From a virus (taxonomy: Duplodnaviria > Caudoviricetes): a DNA stretch of 64,000 bases. The stretch lies in IMG/VR virus record IMGVR_UViG_3300027833_000011; one strand, given 5' to 3'. Below are positions 28,772-38,069 of the stretch, piece by piece. Below the pieces are notes generated by a model. That model searched no databases. It was not told where the DNA came from and was given only the letters and a program-made list of their open reading frames with translations. Within the stretch, counting starts at the first letter, position 1. Every line of letters starts with the position of its first letter. The translations under genes and the position numbers were made by a program.

Positions 28772-29020
28772 ATGGCACTAACAAAAACAGATACATTAAA
28801 GATAGAGAGAATGGTTCGTAAAGAGATGAAAGACTTTATGAGTAGCAGTCGAATAAAAAACCTTGTTATCAAATCCGTAGAGGAGGAGTTATCGAAAAAA
28901 GGGGTTGTAGATAAAAAGCAAGTGGTTGATATTTCCACTAAAGCATTGGTTGAGTTGTTTAGACAATTATGGATGAGAAGAAGTTTTTGGGAACAACCAG
29001 TAAAAAACATTAGACCGTAA
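28772..29020 (+). CDS. hypothetical protein
   Basis: 82 aa; ATATTTATT upstream. Confidence 0.65.
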   Translation: MALTKTDTLKIERMVRKEMKDFMSSSRIKNLVIKSVEEELSKKGVVDKKQVVDISTKALVELFRQLWMRRSFWEQPVKNIRP

Positions 29021-30081
29021 TGGATATTAAAAAAGACATAAAAAGTGCGTTGACTACTCACATGAGTAAAGTAGGTCACATTAACCAATCAAAAGACTTA
29101 AGTAATTTAAGTAATATGATTTCTGAGAAAACCGTAAAATTCGGAAAGAAAGAGGTCTATGAGATATTAGATGAGGTTATGACCGTAGAAGGTGATATTG
29201 ACGAATTAAGGTTAAACCCTTTTGGTTCTAACATTAAAGACATTGAGAAAGCATCTGCTAGTTTTATCAAAGAATTATCTAAGAAACTACCTAAGTTAAA
29301 AGTTCAGGATTTACAAAGACTTAAAGTATTATTTGGTCAGGTAGAATCGGAATTGAGAAACGTTAAGAACCAAATCAATCTTGACGGTGTTGATGAACCA
29401 GAACCGTCTACAAAAGAAAAAATTATTAATAAGGTTAAAGGGATGATGTCAGAAATCACAGGAGCCGCTTCGGCAGGAGGATTTTTAGGTCCACTCTTTT
29501 CACCGATAGTAAAACAAAAAGGACCATCAAAACCAAATAAGAACAAAAAGTCTTATGAGGTTAAAGAAGATAAAGGTTTCTCAAAGTACTTAGAAACTGA
29601 TGAAAACCCTAATGGTGAAACTGACGGGTTAACTCCTGATGTTTTAAATAACATTATCTCTAAGATTGTAAAATCACATAATGGTGAAGAAGAGACCCCT
29701 AAAATGGACACAAAAGAGGCCACATTAGCGTCAAGTTCAGGGTCTTATGAGACACCATTCTTTTTGGCTAAGAATAATAAGAATTGGAGAGGAGCTGCTA
29801 AGACATTATATAAAGGTGGTAAATTTGTGAAGGTAAAGGATAAATGTAAGACATTCCCATATTGCAACCAAGGGGATATAAAGGCGTTAGAATTATTTGA
29901 AAACGGGAAGTATTCAACGTTAGCTGAAAAGGTTGCCGACAAAATGGGTGAAGACCCATTAAAAGTTAAATCGTTAGTATTGAACAACATTGAAGAATCA
30001 TTATTTCAGACAAGGATGAAAGAAAAGAATGAAAAGAATATTGAAAATTCAGAAAAAAACAATAAGATTAAGGATAAATAA
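29020..30081 (+). CDS. hypothetical late protein
   Basis: 353 aa; EITGAASAGG, EATLASSSGSYETP, KCKTFPYCNQG motifs. Confidence 0.65.
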   Translation: MDIKKDIKSALTTHMSKVGHINQSKDLSNLSNMISEKTVKFGKKEVYEILDEVMTVEGDIDELRLNPFGSNIKDIEKASASFIKELSKKLPKLKVQDLQRLKVLFGQVESELRNVKNQINLDGVDEPEPSTKEKIINKVKGMMSEITGAASAGGFLGPLFSPIVKQKGPSKPNKNKKSYEVKEDKGFSKYLETDENPNGETDGLTPDVLNNIISKIVKSHNGEEETPKMDTKEATLASSSGSYETPFFLAKNNKNWRGAAKTLYKGGKFVKVKDKCKTFPYCNQGDIKALELFENGKYSTLAEKVADKMGEDPLKVKSLVLNNIEESLFQTRMKEKNEKNIENSEKNNKIKDK

Positions 30082-30116
30082 TACTATAAAGATATTTATA
30101 TTAAAAGACCATTAAG

Positions 30117-31004
30117 ATGAAACTAAATAAATTCAATAAAGAACTAGGTAATATTATCGAAAACGTCGTAAAAGACGAAGTTCTTAAAACATTAAATATA
30201 ACTGAAGAGGCTACGGTTTGTGAAAATTGTGGGTTAAATGAGACGGAATGTAAATGTCCCGTTAATGAAGAATCTGACGTAGATGAAGGAAATGCTTTTA
30301 CAGATGCTAGGAGTAAGGCAATTGAAGCGGGTGAAGACTCGTTTACTGTTGACGGAAAAGAGTATCCGATTAAAGGAGACAAGGAAAAAGTTAAGGAATC
30401 TACTAAGAAAGTACTAACATTAACAGAATCAGAACTTATATCTCTTATTGAGAAGTTAGTTTCAGAACAATCAGTACCTGGAATTGATGAATACAAAAAG
30501 GCTCATAAAGAATCAGGTAAATTTAATAAAGATAATGACGAGATTGTCTCTAAAAAAATGTCTGAATATACAGATGTTGAAGGAGGAGAGAAAAACGAAT
30601 TTCCAAATCAAAATGGTGGTGAAGTAAAAGCCGATAGAGTTGAAGATGACGAAGAAATTGAGTTCATTGAAGATATGAAAGGTGGTATGACCGCTTTAGA
30701 GTATGACAGAACAAACGATGAATTTGAAGAAAAAGTAGAGAAACAACTTAAGGGAGATTCAACTCAAGGGAACGCTCAGGTTGATGAGGACAACGAACCA
30801 TTAGGTAACGTAGTTCCAACAGAGACAGGTGAGAAGTTCGACAAGGCTCGTAAAAGACAAGGTCTTAACAAAGAAAAGAAAAAGGGTTATAATACATTTC
30901 CACAGAAAGTTGAGCAGGTTAAAGAGTCGTTGATAAACGATAAAGTATTATCAGATATGGATAAGATGAGACATCTTGTTCTATATACGAAAAAGACTCA
31001 ATAA
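30117..31004 (+). CDS. acidic late protein, possibly head internal or scaffold-like
   Basis: LTLTESELISLIEKLVSEQ motif, very acidic; ATATTTATA upstream. Confidence 0.65.
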   Translation: MKLNKFNKELGNIIENVVKDEVLKTLNITEEATVCENCGLNETECKCPVNEESDVDEGNAFTDARSKAIEAGEDSFTVDGKEYPIKGDKEKVKESTKKVLTLTESELISLIEKLVSEQSVPGIDEYKKAHKESGKFNKDNDEIVSKKMSEYTDVEGGEKNEFPNQNGGEVKADRVEDDEEIEFIEDMKGGMTALEYDRTNDEFEEKVEKQLKGDSTQGNAQVDEDNEPLGNVVPTETGEKFDKARKRQGLNKEKKKGYNTFPQKVEQVKESLINDKVLSDMDKMRHLVLYTKKTQ

Positions 31005-31041
31005 GACTTGATATAACTTAAGTTTTTGGTATTCTTATTGT

Positions 31042-31512
31042 ATGAGTGATAATCAAAACTTTATAGTTACAGAGTTTTATCAATACCTAACCCAAGAGAT
31101 GAACGAAAATCAAATAGAGGTATGGTTAAAGGCTAATAACATAATCCCCGAATATTCTGAACTATTCTACGATTTTGTAATGTCTTTGTATACTCTCGTA
31201 GAAATCACATACTTAGGAGACGATGTGGTGTCTGATGTCGATGACAAACAGGGACACTTCAATTGGTGCTTTAACAAAGTCATTGATGACTTTGAGAAAG
31301 AAGGTATTGTGTTTTCACCTAAAGGTCAGCACTATGATTATTTTTGGTCTTTCTTTAAAGACGCATTTTACTATGAAGAGACTAGAGAGACTGTAGAGAA
31401 TATTGAGATATTCTTTAAAAATTTATTCAACCTAAAAGGTAAAAAGACTAAGAGTGAGTTAGATATGTATACTGATTTATACAAAATATTAGAAAACGCA
31501 TTAAAGTCTTGA
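31042..31512 (+). CDS. hypothetical protein
   Basis: 156 aa ORF. Confidence 0.65.
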   Translation: MSDNQNFIVTEFYQYLTQEMNENQIEVWLKANNIIPEYSELFYDFVMSLYTLVEITYLGDDVVSDVDDKQGHFNWCFNKVIDDFEKEGIVFSPKGQHYDYFWSFFKDAFYYEETRETVENIEIFFKNLFNLKGKKTKSELDMYTDLYKILENALKS

Positions 31513-31560
31513 CATAACATAAAAAAGTGATTAACTTTTACATAAATAAAAACAATTGTA

Positions 31561-31734
31561 ATGGATACATTAACAAAGATTAAAGAATTAACTGAGGTAT
31601 TATCTTACGATTCTCAGAAAGCGATTGAGAAAGGTAATAAAAGTGCTGCTACAAGAGCTAGAAAAACGGCACAAGAGATAAAAAATCTTTTACAGGATTT
31701 GAGAAAAGAGGTTTTAGACGCAACAAAAAAATAA
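31561..31734 (+). CDS. histone H1-like protein Hc1 family (not in the ORF track)
   Basis: Hand translation MDTLTKIKELTEVLSYDSQKAIEKGNKSAATRARKTAQEIKNLLQDLRKEVLDATKK; GNKSAATRARK is the Hc1 signature. Confidence 0.85.
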   Translation: MDTLTKIKELTEVLSYDSQKAIEKGNKSAATRARKTAQEIKNLLQDLRKEVLDATKK

Positions 31735-31735
31735 G

Positions 31736-31915
31736 ATGATACATAAAATTGAATTATTCCTTTTTATCCTTTCAGTGTTCTATAATACTACATTAGTATT
31801 TAAGATGGTTAGAAATGTTCTTAGAACACCTCCACAACCGTTAAACTTAGAATGGAAAGATATGTTACTTTGGGGTATTTCATTATCATATATTATAACC
31901 TATATTTTAACATAA
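31736..31915 (+). CDS. small two-TM membrane protein (not in the ORF track)
   Basis: 59 aa ORF MIHKIELFLFILSVF...WGISLSYIITYILT fills the gap exactly. Confidence 0.6.
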   Translation: MIHKIELFLFILSVFYNTTLVFKMVRNVLRTPPQPLNLEWKDMLLWGISLSYIITYILT

Positions 31916-31916
31916 C

Positions 31917-32366
31917 ATGAGTTTATACAATCACATAGAAAAAATGGAACCTTACTTCCATTCAATAAGAAAACATAAAGGGTTTTTTATCATTGATATT
32001 AAACTACCGGATGATTGGAGATATAAGGATATTACATTTGAAAAGAAAGACGTTGTAGGTTTTAAAGACAATGGACTAAAAGACGGTAAGAGATTCTTAT
32101 CTTTCTTCTCAAAACAAGAAGAGATAGATATCGAAAATTCGGTTAACACAGTATTAGAGGTTATAGAATCAAACAAAGAAAGAGAAGCCAAAGAATCGTT
32201 ATTAAGAGAGAAAATGGTTGAACTTAAAAAACAGTTTGAACAAACGGACTTAGATACCCTTAAAAGTTTAGAATTTGTATTTGACGCTACTGAAGAAATA
32301 GAAACAGAAATAGAAAGTCACGATGAAGGAAGTGAATTGGTTGAGCAGGGAACTGAAGAAGGATAG
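31917..32366 (+). CDS. hypothetical protein
   Basis: 149 aa with a C-terminal coiled coil. Confidence 0.65.
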   Translation: MSLYNHIEKMEPYFHSIRKHKGFFIIDIKLPDDWRYKDITFEKKDVVGFKDNGLKDGKRFLSFFSKQEEIDIENSVNTVLEVIESNKEREAKESLLREKMVELKKQFEQTDLDTLKSLEFVFDATEEIETEIESHDEGSELVEQGTEEG

Positions 32367-32511
32367 TCTTGAGGTTGAAACCCACAAACAAAATTTGATT
32401 AAACAAATAACTTTGTTAAATAAAGAAGTTGTTTCAAACACCGTAGTAGTTAATACGGAGAAAAAACGTTTAGGATTGATATGGAGACTAAAAAAGGTGT
32501 TGGGGATATAA
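32323..32511 (+). CDS. hypothetical protein
   Basis: 62 aa overlapping ORF. Confidence 0.45.
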   Translation: MKEVNWLSRELKKDSLEVETHKQNLIKQITLLNKEVVSNTVVVNTEKKRLGLIWRLKKVLGI

Positions 32512-32714
32512 TGAATCAATTAGGTATAATCTCAGACCTATTAGAGAAAATAAATTTAGAGACAGAGAACGTAAAAGTTGACATAGATTTAAAATCTGAA
32601 GAGTTTGATGAAATGCACGATAAAGTAGTTCAAAAACGAGGATTGTTTGTTATTCCTAAAAAACATTTTAACGTAACAATTTCAGGTATTACATTCACAT
32701 TTAGAAAAGTCTAA
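32481..32714 (+). CDS. hypothetical protein
   Basis: 77 aa; probable start ATG 32511. Confidence 0.5.
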   Translation: METKKGVGDIMNQLGIISDLLEKINLETENVKVDIDLKSEEFDEMHDKVVQKRGLFVIPKKHFNVTISGITFTFRKV

Positions 32715-33346
32715 TAAGAATAATGACGATATAAGGATTCCTTTGGGAATCCATTTTTTTGCAGTAAAATGTATAAATCTTTACGTTGAGCGGTTGAAAA
32801 ATCAATTACATACATAACATTTCCCATTCCATCGTCTAAAGACAGTTTACGAAGAATACCAAACAATCTCTGACAATCATCTATGTTTTTAAGACCATAA
32901 CCAATAATATTATCGTCTTTTTGTATGAATATCTTAGAATTAAGTGTAAAAACTTGTTTAAATTCACCACCACGTTTTATTCGTCTATATAATTCTTCAA
33001 CATAGATAAATTCGTTGTTTTGGTAATCCCATATTTTTTCTTCAATGTCGTAATTATCTAAATTTAAGAATGTGTGTAATCCTGAAGTGAATTCTGCTTT
33101 CTGATTTCTACCTAAATCATCTTTAAAGAATAAGTCAGGAGATGGTACATCTAAAGTGGTAACTAACGCGATATTATATTTGACTTTCTCTTTATTACGA
33201 AAGACTTGCGGAAAAATGGGTTTATCTTTATTTAGATATTCCTTATATTTCTTTTTAGTATTGTTTAAGTTATTGGACCTAAACAACACTCTTCTTTTTT
33301 TCTTATTAGAAAAAAGAACAATACAATATTTTTTATCAGTACCCAT
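32711..33346 (-). CDS. hypothetical protein
   Basis: 211 aa, basic N-terminus; start abuts the dnaJ start. Confidence 0.65.
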   Translation of the reverse strand: MGTDKKYCIVLFSNKKKRRVLFRSNNLNNTKKKYKEYLNKDKPIFPQVFRNKEKVKYNIALVTTLDVPSPDLFFKDDLGRNQKAEFTSGLHTFLNLDNYDIEEKIWDYQNNEFIYVEELYRRIKRGGEFKQVFTLNSKIFIQKDDNIIGYGLKNIDDCQRLFGILRKLSLDDGMGNVMYVIDFSTAQRKDLYILLQKNGFPKESLYRHYSY

Positions 33347-34156
33347 ATGAATAATTATTACAAAATTTTAGGATTAAGTAAAGACGCAAGTCAAGAGGAC
33401 ATTAAAAAGACTTATCGTAAACTTTCTAAAAAACACCATCCAGACATGGGAGGTGATGATGAAATGTTTAAAAAAATTAATGAAGCTTATAGTGTGTTGG
33501 GTGATGAGAAAAAAAGAAAAGAACATGACAATCCAAGACGTGGTTTTGATGATATATTCTCGTCAGGTGGTTTCGGTTCTGATTTTATGGAAAGTATGTT
33601 CAATCAAAGTAGGTCTCGTAGATACAGAGGTTCCGACATAAAAATTGACTTAACTATCACGGTAAAAGATTCTATGATGGGAGGTGAGAAGGAAGTGTCA
33701 TATTATCGTATGACTAAAGATTTCAGAGAAGAAAGACGTAGTATAAAGATTAATATACCACAGGGTGCAGACGATGGTAATCTTTTCAGGGTTTCAGGTG
33801 GTGGTAATCAAGGGGAGTCCTCACCGGGTGATTTAATTATAATTATTAATATAGGTTCAGATGGAGTGTATTCAAAATCAGGTTTCAATCTTTTTTATAA
33901 CTTAGAGTTGAACCCTTTAGAGATATTAACAGGTAAAGAGGTTACGATTGATTTATACTACAGTAAGATTAAAGTAAATATCCCATCGTGTGTTGATATG
34001 AATAAACAAATGAGAGTTAAGGGTAAAGGATTTAAAACACGAAGAGGTTTTGGTGATTTGTTTATTACATTTAAAGTAAAAACACCAAAAGAATTATCTG
34101 AATATGAATGGAGATTAGTTGAACAACTAAAAAAAGGAGACAATTTTAGAGATTAA
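33347..34156 (+). CDS. dnaJ: DnaJ-family co-chaperone (class II, no Zn finger)
   Basis: NYYKILG, KKHHPD, FKKINEAY.VL, G/F-rich linker, C-terminal substrate domain (GSDI...; GDL...). Confidence 0.9.
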   Translation: MNNYYKILGLSKDASQEDIKKTYRKLSKKHHPDMGGDDEMFKKINEAYSVLGDEKKRKEHDNPRRGFDDIFSSGGFGSDFMESMFNQSRSRRYRGSDIKIDLTITVKDSMMGGEKEVSYYRMTKDFREERRSIKINIPQGADDGNLFRVSGGGNQGESSPGDLIIIINIGSDGVYSKSGFNLFYNLELNPLEILTGKEVTIDLYYSKIKVNIPSCVDMNKQMRVKGKGFKTRRGFGDLFITFKVKTPKELSEYEWRLVEQLKKGDNFRD

Positions 34157-34285
34157 CTCGACCATGCCATAAACAAACAGACTTCCTACGATTATCATTC
34201 CTATAATAACAGGTCTTTCAGTTTTTCTCAACTCTCTTTCGAGTTGTTCTCTCTGTTCTTTCTTTTTACATTTATTACACGCCAT
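34127..34285 (-). CDS. small membrane protein
   Basis: Probable start MACNKCKKK at 34285; C-terminal TM helix. Confidence 0.55.
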   Translation of the reverse strand: MACNKCKKKEQREQLERELRKTERPVIIGMIIVGSLFVYGMVELISKIVSFF

Positions 34286-34337
34286 ATTAATCTTTTTTAT
34301 AAAGTTATTAAAACGGGGTATTAAAGTAAAGTATTGG

Positions 34338-34595
34338 TTAGTAGTCCAAAAGTACGTCAGAACAATTTTCAACACAAACAGTTTTGGTATTGTAACCTAC
34401 ATAGTCGAAAGTGATACTATCGCCTTCTACAAAGTTGATGGTATACCTTCCGTTAATATCTGTATATGTTTCATCAATTGATGTTGATACGTGGACTAAC
34501 ATTAACTCATCACACATTTGTGAATCTTTAACTGTACCGCTTACGGTCTGTGTGATGTTTAAATTAAGTAATGTTAATAATAAAAAAATTCCCAT
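34338..34595 (-). CDS. secreted carboxypeptidase-regulatory-like (SusC N-terminal-type) domain protein
   Basis: Signal peptide, then TVSGTVKDS...TYTDINGRYTI...ITFDYVGY. Confidence 0.65.
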   Translation of the reverse strand: MGIFLLLTLLNLNITQTVSGTVKDSQMCDELMLVHVSTSIDETYTDINGRYTINFVEGDSITFDYVGYNTKTVCVENCSDVLLDY

Positions 34596-34653
34596 ATATT
34601 TGTTTTAATACATATATATGAGAATAGTTAATAGTTATAAGTTTGTAGGTTAA

Positions 34654-34992
34654 TTAACCGTTATTAAAATCTATATAACTTACGGCAGATATCCTCATAT
34701 TATCTTTATATTTAACCTCACCAATTAAAACACCTTCGAGGTTGTAAAATTTCCATTTACCTGAACGTTTACCTTTATAAAATTGTGCGGATGCTTGTAA
34801 TTTACCATTTGTGTGGTAAGAATACCAATATCCGTCTTTTTTACCGTCCCAGTAGGTACCTTTCTCTAATAATTTACCATCGGTACTTGTGATTGTGACT
34901 TCTGAGTAACCATTTTTTGGAATGTTTTGACCGTATGATACAGTCATAATAAGTAAACCTAATAAAATTGTCATTAATTTTTTCATCTTCAT
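34654..34992 (-). CDS. secreted MORN-variant repeat protein
   Basis: Signal peptide ending SYG-Q; repeats GKKDGYWYSYHTNGKL, GKRSGKWKFYNLEG. Confidence 0.75.
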   Translation of the reverse strand: MKMKKLMTILLGLLIMTVSYGQNIPKNGYSEVTITSTDGKLLEKGTYWDGKKDGYWYSYHTNGKLQASAQFYKGKRSGKWKFYNLEGVLIGEVKYKDNMRISAVSYIDFNNG

Positions 34993-35094
34993 AGTTTTTA
35001 GTGTTACGTTATAGTTAACCTAATATTAACTTAATATAAATATAATAAAAAGAGAACATAATATGAAGGTTTTTTAAAATTTAACTAAATAACA

Positions 35095-35126
35095 TTTGCC
35101 TTTTACCTTTTTTTATCTTACATTTG
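35095..35126 (+). promoter_or_regulatory. Bacteroidota-type promoter
   Basis: TTTG - 20 nt - TACATTTG (35119). Confidence 0.7.
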
Positions 35127-35157
35127 TATACGATAAAAATTTAAATAGAGATAGAAT

Positions 35158-36036
35158 ATGTTTAGTTATATAGGAGGAAAAAGTAAAATAGGTAAATGGA
35201 TTAAAGAGTTTATACCTACAGATATGGAAACTTATGTGGAACCATTCAGTGGTGCTTTTTGGGTTTACTATAATTTAGATTTGGCGTTATACCCAAACTT
35301 AAAGACAGTGGTATATAATGATTTTAATAAGGTAAATGCTAACTTATTTGCTTGTGTAAAGAAATATGGTGAGTTTTACGAGTTTATTAAAGACATTCCC
35401 GCTCAAGAGAAAGATAGGTTTGAAAGATACCAAAAAGGAGCGTTTGAGGACTTTGATTTTGACCCAGACACCCCTAATTTTCAAAAAGGTTTGGAGTATA
35501 TCTACGTTGTGACTCAAGTGTTTAGTGGGATTAGACCTGAAACGTCTAACTTCATAGATTTAAAGGGTAAATACAATTCTAAATTCAACTCATTTAGAAA
35601 TAAACTAAATAATCCCAAGTACTATAAGCATTTTCAAATGATAACGCATGTTAAGAATGAGGATTTTGAGGATATCATTAATGAGTTTGATTCACCAACC
35701 ACATATTTTTATTTAGACCCACCATATTGGAAAACTGAGGATTATTATTCTAACCAAGACTTTGACGTGACAGACCACAAAAGACTTTCAGAGGTATTAG
35801 GTCGTATTGATGGTAAATATAGTCTATCTTACTACGATTTTGAGTTATTGAAAGAATACTACCCAAAAGACACCCATAGATGGACGAGTAAAGATTACGC
35901 AAAGGCTGCAGGTGCGGTATCAGGTAAAAAACAGACAAAGGCTAGTGAGTTATTGATTATGAATTATAATGATACAACGTGGCAAGATGTTATTTTAGAA
36001 AAAGAAAATATTACAGACGATACATTTGGAAAATAA
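35158..36036 (+). CDS. DNA adenine methyltransferase (D12/Dam family), orphan
   Basis: YIGGKS, YVEPFSG, VYNDFN, YLDPPY, LSYY, ELLIMNY. Confidence 0.9.
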   Translation: MFSYIGGKSKIGKWIKEFIPTDMETYVEPFSGAFWVYYNLDLALYPNLKTVVYNDFNKVNANLFACVKKYGEFYEFIKDIPAQEKDRFERYQKGAFEDFDFDPDTPNFQKGLEYIYVVTQVFSGIRPETSNFIDLKGKYNSKFNSFRNKLNNPKYYKHFQMITHVKNEDFEDIINEFDSPTTYFYLDPPYWKTEDYYSNQDFDVTDHKRLSEVLGRIDGKYSLSYYDFELLKEYYPKDTHRWTSKDYAKAAGAVSGKKQTKASELLIMNYNDTTWQDVILEKENITDDTFGK

Positions 36037-36055
36037 CGATTTTTATGTATCTTTG
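36025..36055 (+). promoter_or_regulatory. Bacteroidota-type promoter
   Basis: TTTG - 19 nt - TATCTTTG (36048). Confidence 0.7.
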
Positions 36056-36092
36056 TACTTCATTAGAACATTTAATAATAATAATTTAAGTC

Positions 36093-36221
36093 ATGGCAGC
36101 AAACACCAACACATTTAAAAAGGCTAAGAAAAAAAGACCGGGAGTTCACTCTAAGAATAACAATTCTGCGAGTAAAAACTCACCAAATTATCAGAAAAAA
36201 TACAGAGGTCAAGGAAGATAG
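36093..36221 (+). CDS. 42-aa highly basic protein (not in the ORF track)
   Basis: MAANTNTFKKAKKKRPGVHSKNNNSASKNSPNYQKKYRGQGR; sits between its own promoter and terminator. Confidence 0.7.
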   Translation: MAANTNTFKKAKKKRPGVHSKNNNSASKNSPNYQKKYRGQGR

Positions 36222-36224
36222 TCT

Positions 36225-36263
36225 AAAAAAATATCCCTCTAATTAATTTAGGGGGATATTTTT
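36225..36263 (+). terminator. intrinsic terminator
   Basis: A tract - atatccctct...agggggatat - T tract. Confidence 0.65.
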
Positions 36264-36298
36264 GTTAAAAATAGATATTTATTAATAAACGTATTAGT

Positions 36299-37747
36299 AT
36301 GAATTTTGAAAAATTAATCAGAGAAATGATTTTGGAAGATGCTCGTTTAGAGCACCTACTAAAAACACATGCTCACAAGGATATAGTGAAAGTTAATAAG
36401 GAGACAGGAAAGAGAAAAGTCAAAAAGGCTCCTCTTACTTCAGACCAAATGATGATTATGGTTGGTAACGACCCAACATCAAGAATTGATGGTTTAGACT
36501 TAACACAACTACACGATGATGAAACATTAAAGAATATTTCTCCTGATTCTGTTAAAAAAACGGGTGAATACACTCAATGGATGGTTAAACAGTATAAGAT
36601 GTTACCACAGATGACTGAGATTCCTTATGGTGAATCGGGGTATGATTCAGAATTATCAGAAAAACAAAGATTATTTTTTGAGGATTTATATAAAACTAAA
36701 GAAGACTTAATAAAGTTTCACAGGTTTAAAACTACGGATAAGATTGAAGAGGCTGATATTAACAAATATACGATTCGAGAGTTAGAGACACTTGTCGCTC
36801 CATTATCTTTGGAGTTAGCTACGAGTACTAAGGCTGAGAGAAAATCGTCTATGTTACATCCAGGTGCTGAATTTATGGTGGAAACAGATAAATGGTATGT
36901 GGTTAAAATACATCGTAATGATGAGTTAGGAAAAGAAGCTGCCGTGTTCTACGGAGGGTCACAAAAACGTCCATCAGAAGGGGAAACTAGTTGGTGTACA
37001 TCGGCTCCTGGTATGAATTACTACTTTAACTACTTAAAAACAGGTCCTTACTACGTTTTTTTAGATAAAACAGACACTAAAACGGGTAATGTTTCAGGAT
37101 TACCAACACATAGATACCAATTCCATTTTGAGTCTAATCAGTTTATGGATGTTAATGATAGACAGATTGACTTAGTTAAATTCTTTAATGATAATCCTTC
37201 TTTAAAAGATGAGTTTAAAACGGTTATTACGTCACACTTCAGTAAAGCAAAAGGTAAGAGTTCTTCAAAAACTGTTGAGGTAAGTTACCCTTCAGATGGA
37301 ATATCTAAGTTAATTGGATTGTATGGGTTTGATGATTTCTTCGAGGGTTTACCGTCTGATTTAGAAAGTTTTGAATTTGAGTATTCAAACTCAGGGTATG
37401 GAAGTAATAAAGATGTTCAACCACCTAAATTAGCAATACCTGATAGTATTGGTAGGTTTACAAGTCTAAAAGTATTGTTCTTCGATAACTGTATTGTGTC
37501 AATACCTGAAAGTATTTCTAAAATACCTTTAACTATCCTTTCAATACCAAACAACAAAGGTGTTAAATTACCTGATTCGTTGGCTGACATGATTAACAAC
37601 GGTACTTTAAATATTTTAGGTTTATCAGGTTCTGGATATACAATGGAGACATTACCACCAAAAATTGTTGAAGCGATTAAGAAAAGAGAAAGTGAAAGCG
37701 ATACTAACCCAAGCGAAGAGACTGCGTTCTTAGTGATATTAGATTAG
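36299..37747 (+). CDS. phage protein with a C-terminal leucine-rich repeat region
   Basis: TSWCTSAPG...YQFHFESNQFMD domain, then IPDSIGRFTSLKVL / IPESISKIPLTIL / LPDSL LRR units. Confidence 0.7.
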   Translation: MNFEKLIREMILEDARLEHLLKTHAHKDIVKVNKETGKRKVKKAPLTSDQMMIMVGNDPTSRIDGLDLTQLHDDETLKNISPDSVKKTGEYTQWMVKQYKMLPQMTEIPYGESGYDSELSEKQRLFFEDLYKTKEDLIKFHRFKTTDKIEEADINKYTIRELETLVAPLSLELATSTKAERKSSMLHPGAEFMVETDKWYVVKIHRNDELGKEAAVFYGGSQKRPSEGETSWCTSAPGMNYYFNYLKTGPYYVFLDKTDTKTGNVSGLPTHRYQFHFESNQFMDVNDRQIDLVKFFNDNPSLKDEFKTVITSHFSKAKGKSSSKTVEVSYPSDGISKLIGLYGFDDFFEGLPSDLESFEFEYSNSGYGSNKDVQPPKLAIPDSIGRFTSLKVLFFDNCIVSIPESISKIPLTILSIPNNKGVKLPDSLADMINNGTLNILGLSGSGYTMETLPPKIVEAIKKRESESDTNPSEETAFLVILD

Positions 37748-37751
37748 TAGT

Positions 37752-38024
37752 TTGATGGATAATGAGGTTATTATTTACGTTAAAAACTTAAAAAAGTATT
37801 TAGTTAATTCCGCTAAGGCGAGAGAATTATTTCTCAGTAACGCCATTGACATTGATGACTTTATAAATGAGGTTGTTAAAGTGGCGAGAAACAATGTTAA
37901 GAAAGGTAAAGACCCACAACTCACACAAAAACAGTACGAAGAAGTACGTTTCAAACTCACAGACAAAGAATCCGACATTCCTATGATAGAGATAAAAGGG
38001 TTCCCTCCATTTTTTTTAAATTAG
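37752..38024 (+). CDS. hypothetical protein
   Basis: 90 aa ORF. Confidence 0.55.
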   Translation: MMDNEVIIYVKNLKKYLVNSAKARELFLSNAIDIDDFINEVVKVARNNVKKGKDPQLTQKQYEEVRFKLTDKESDIPMIEIKGFPPFFLN

Positions 38025-38069
38025 TGTTGTTTATTAATCAGTTTTTCTTATATTTCTAAAAAAGATTTA

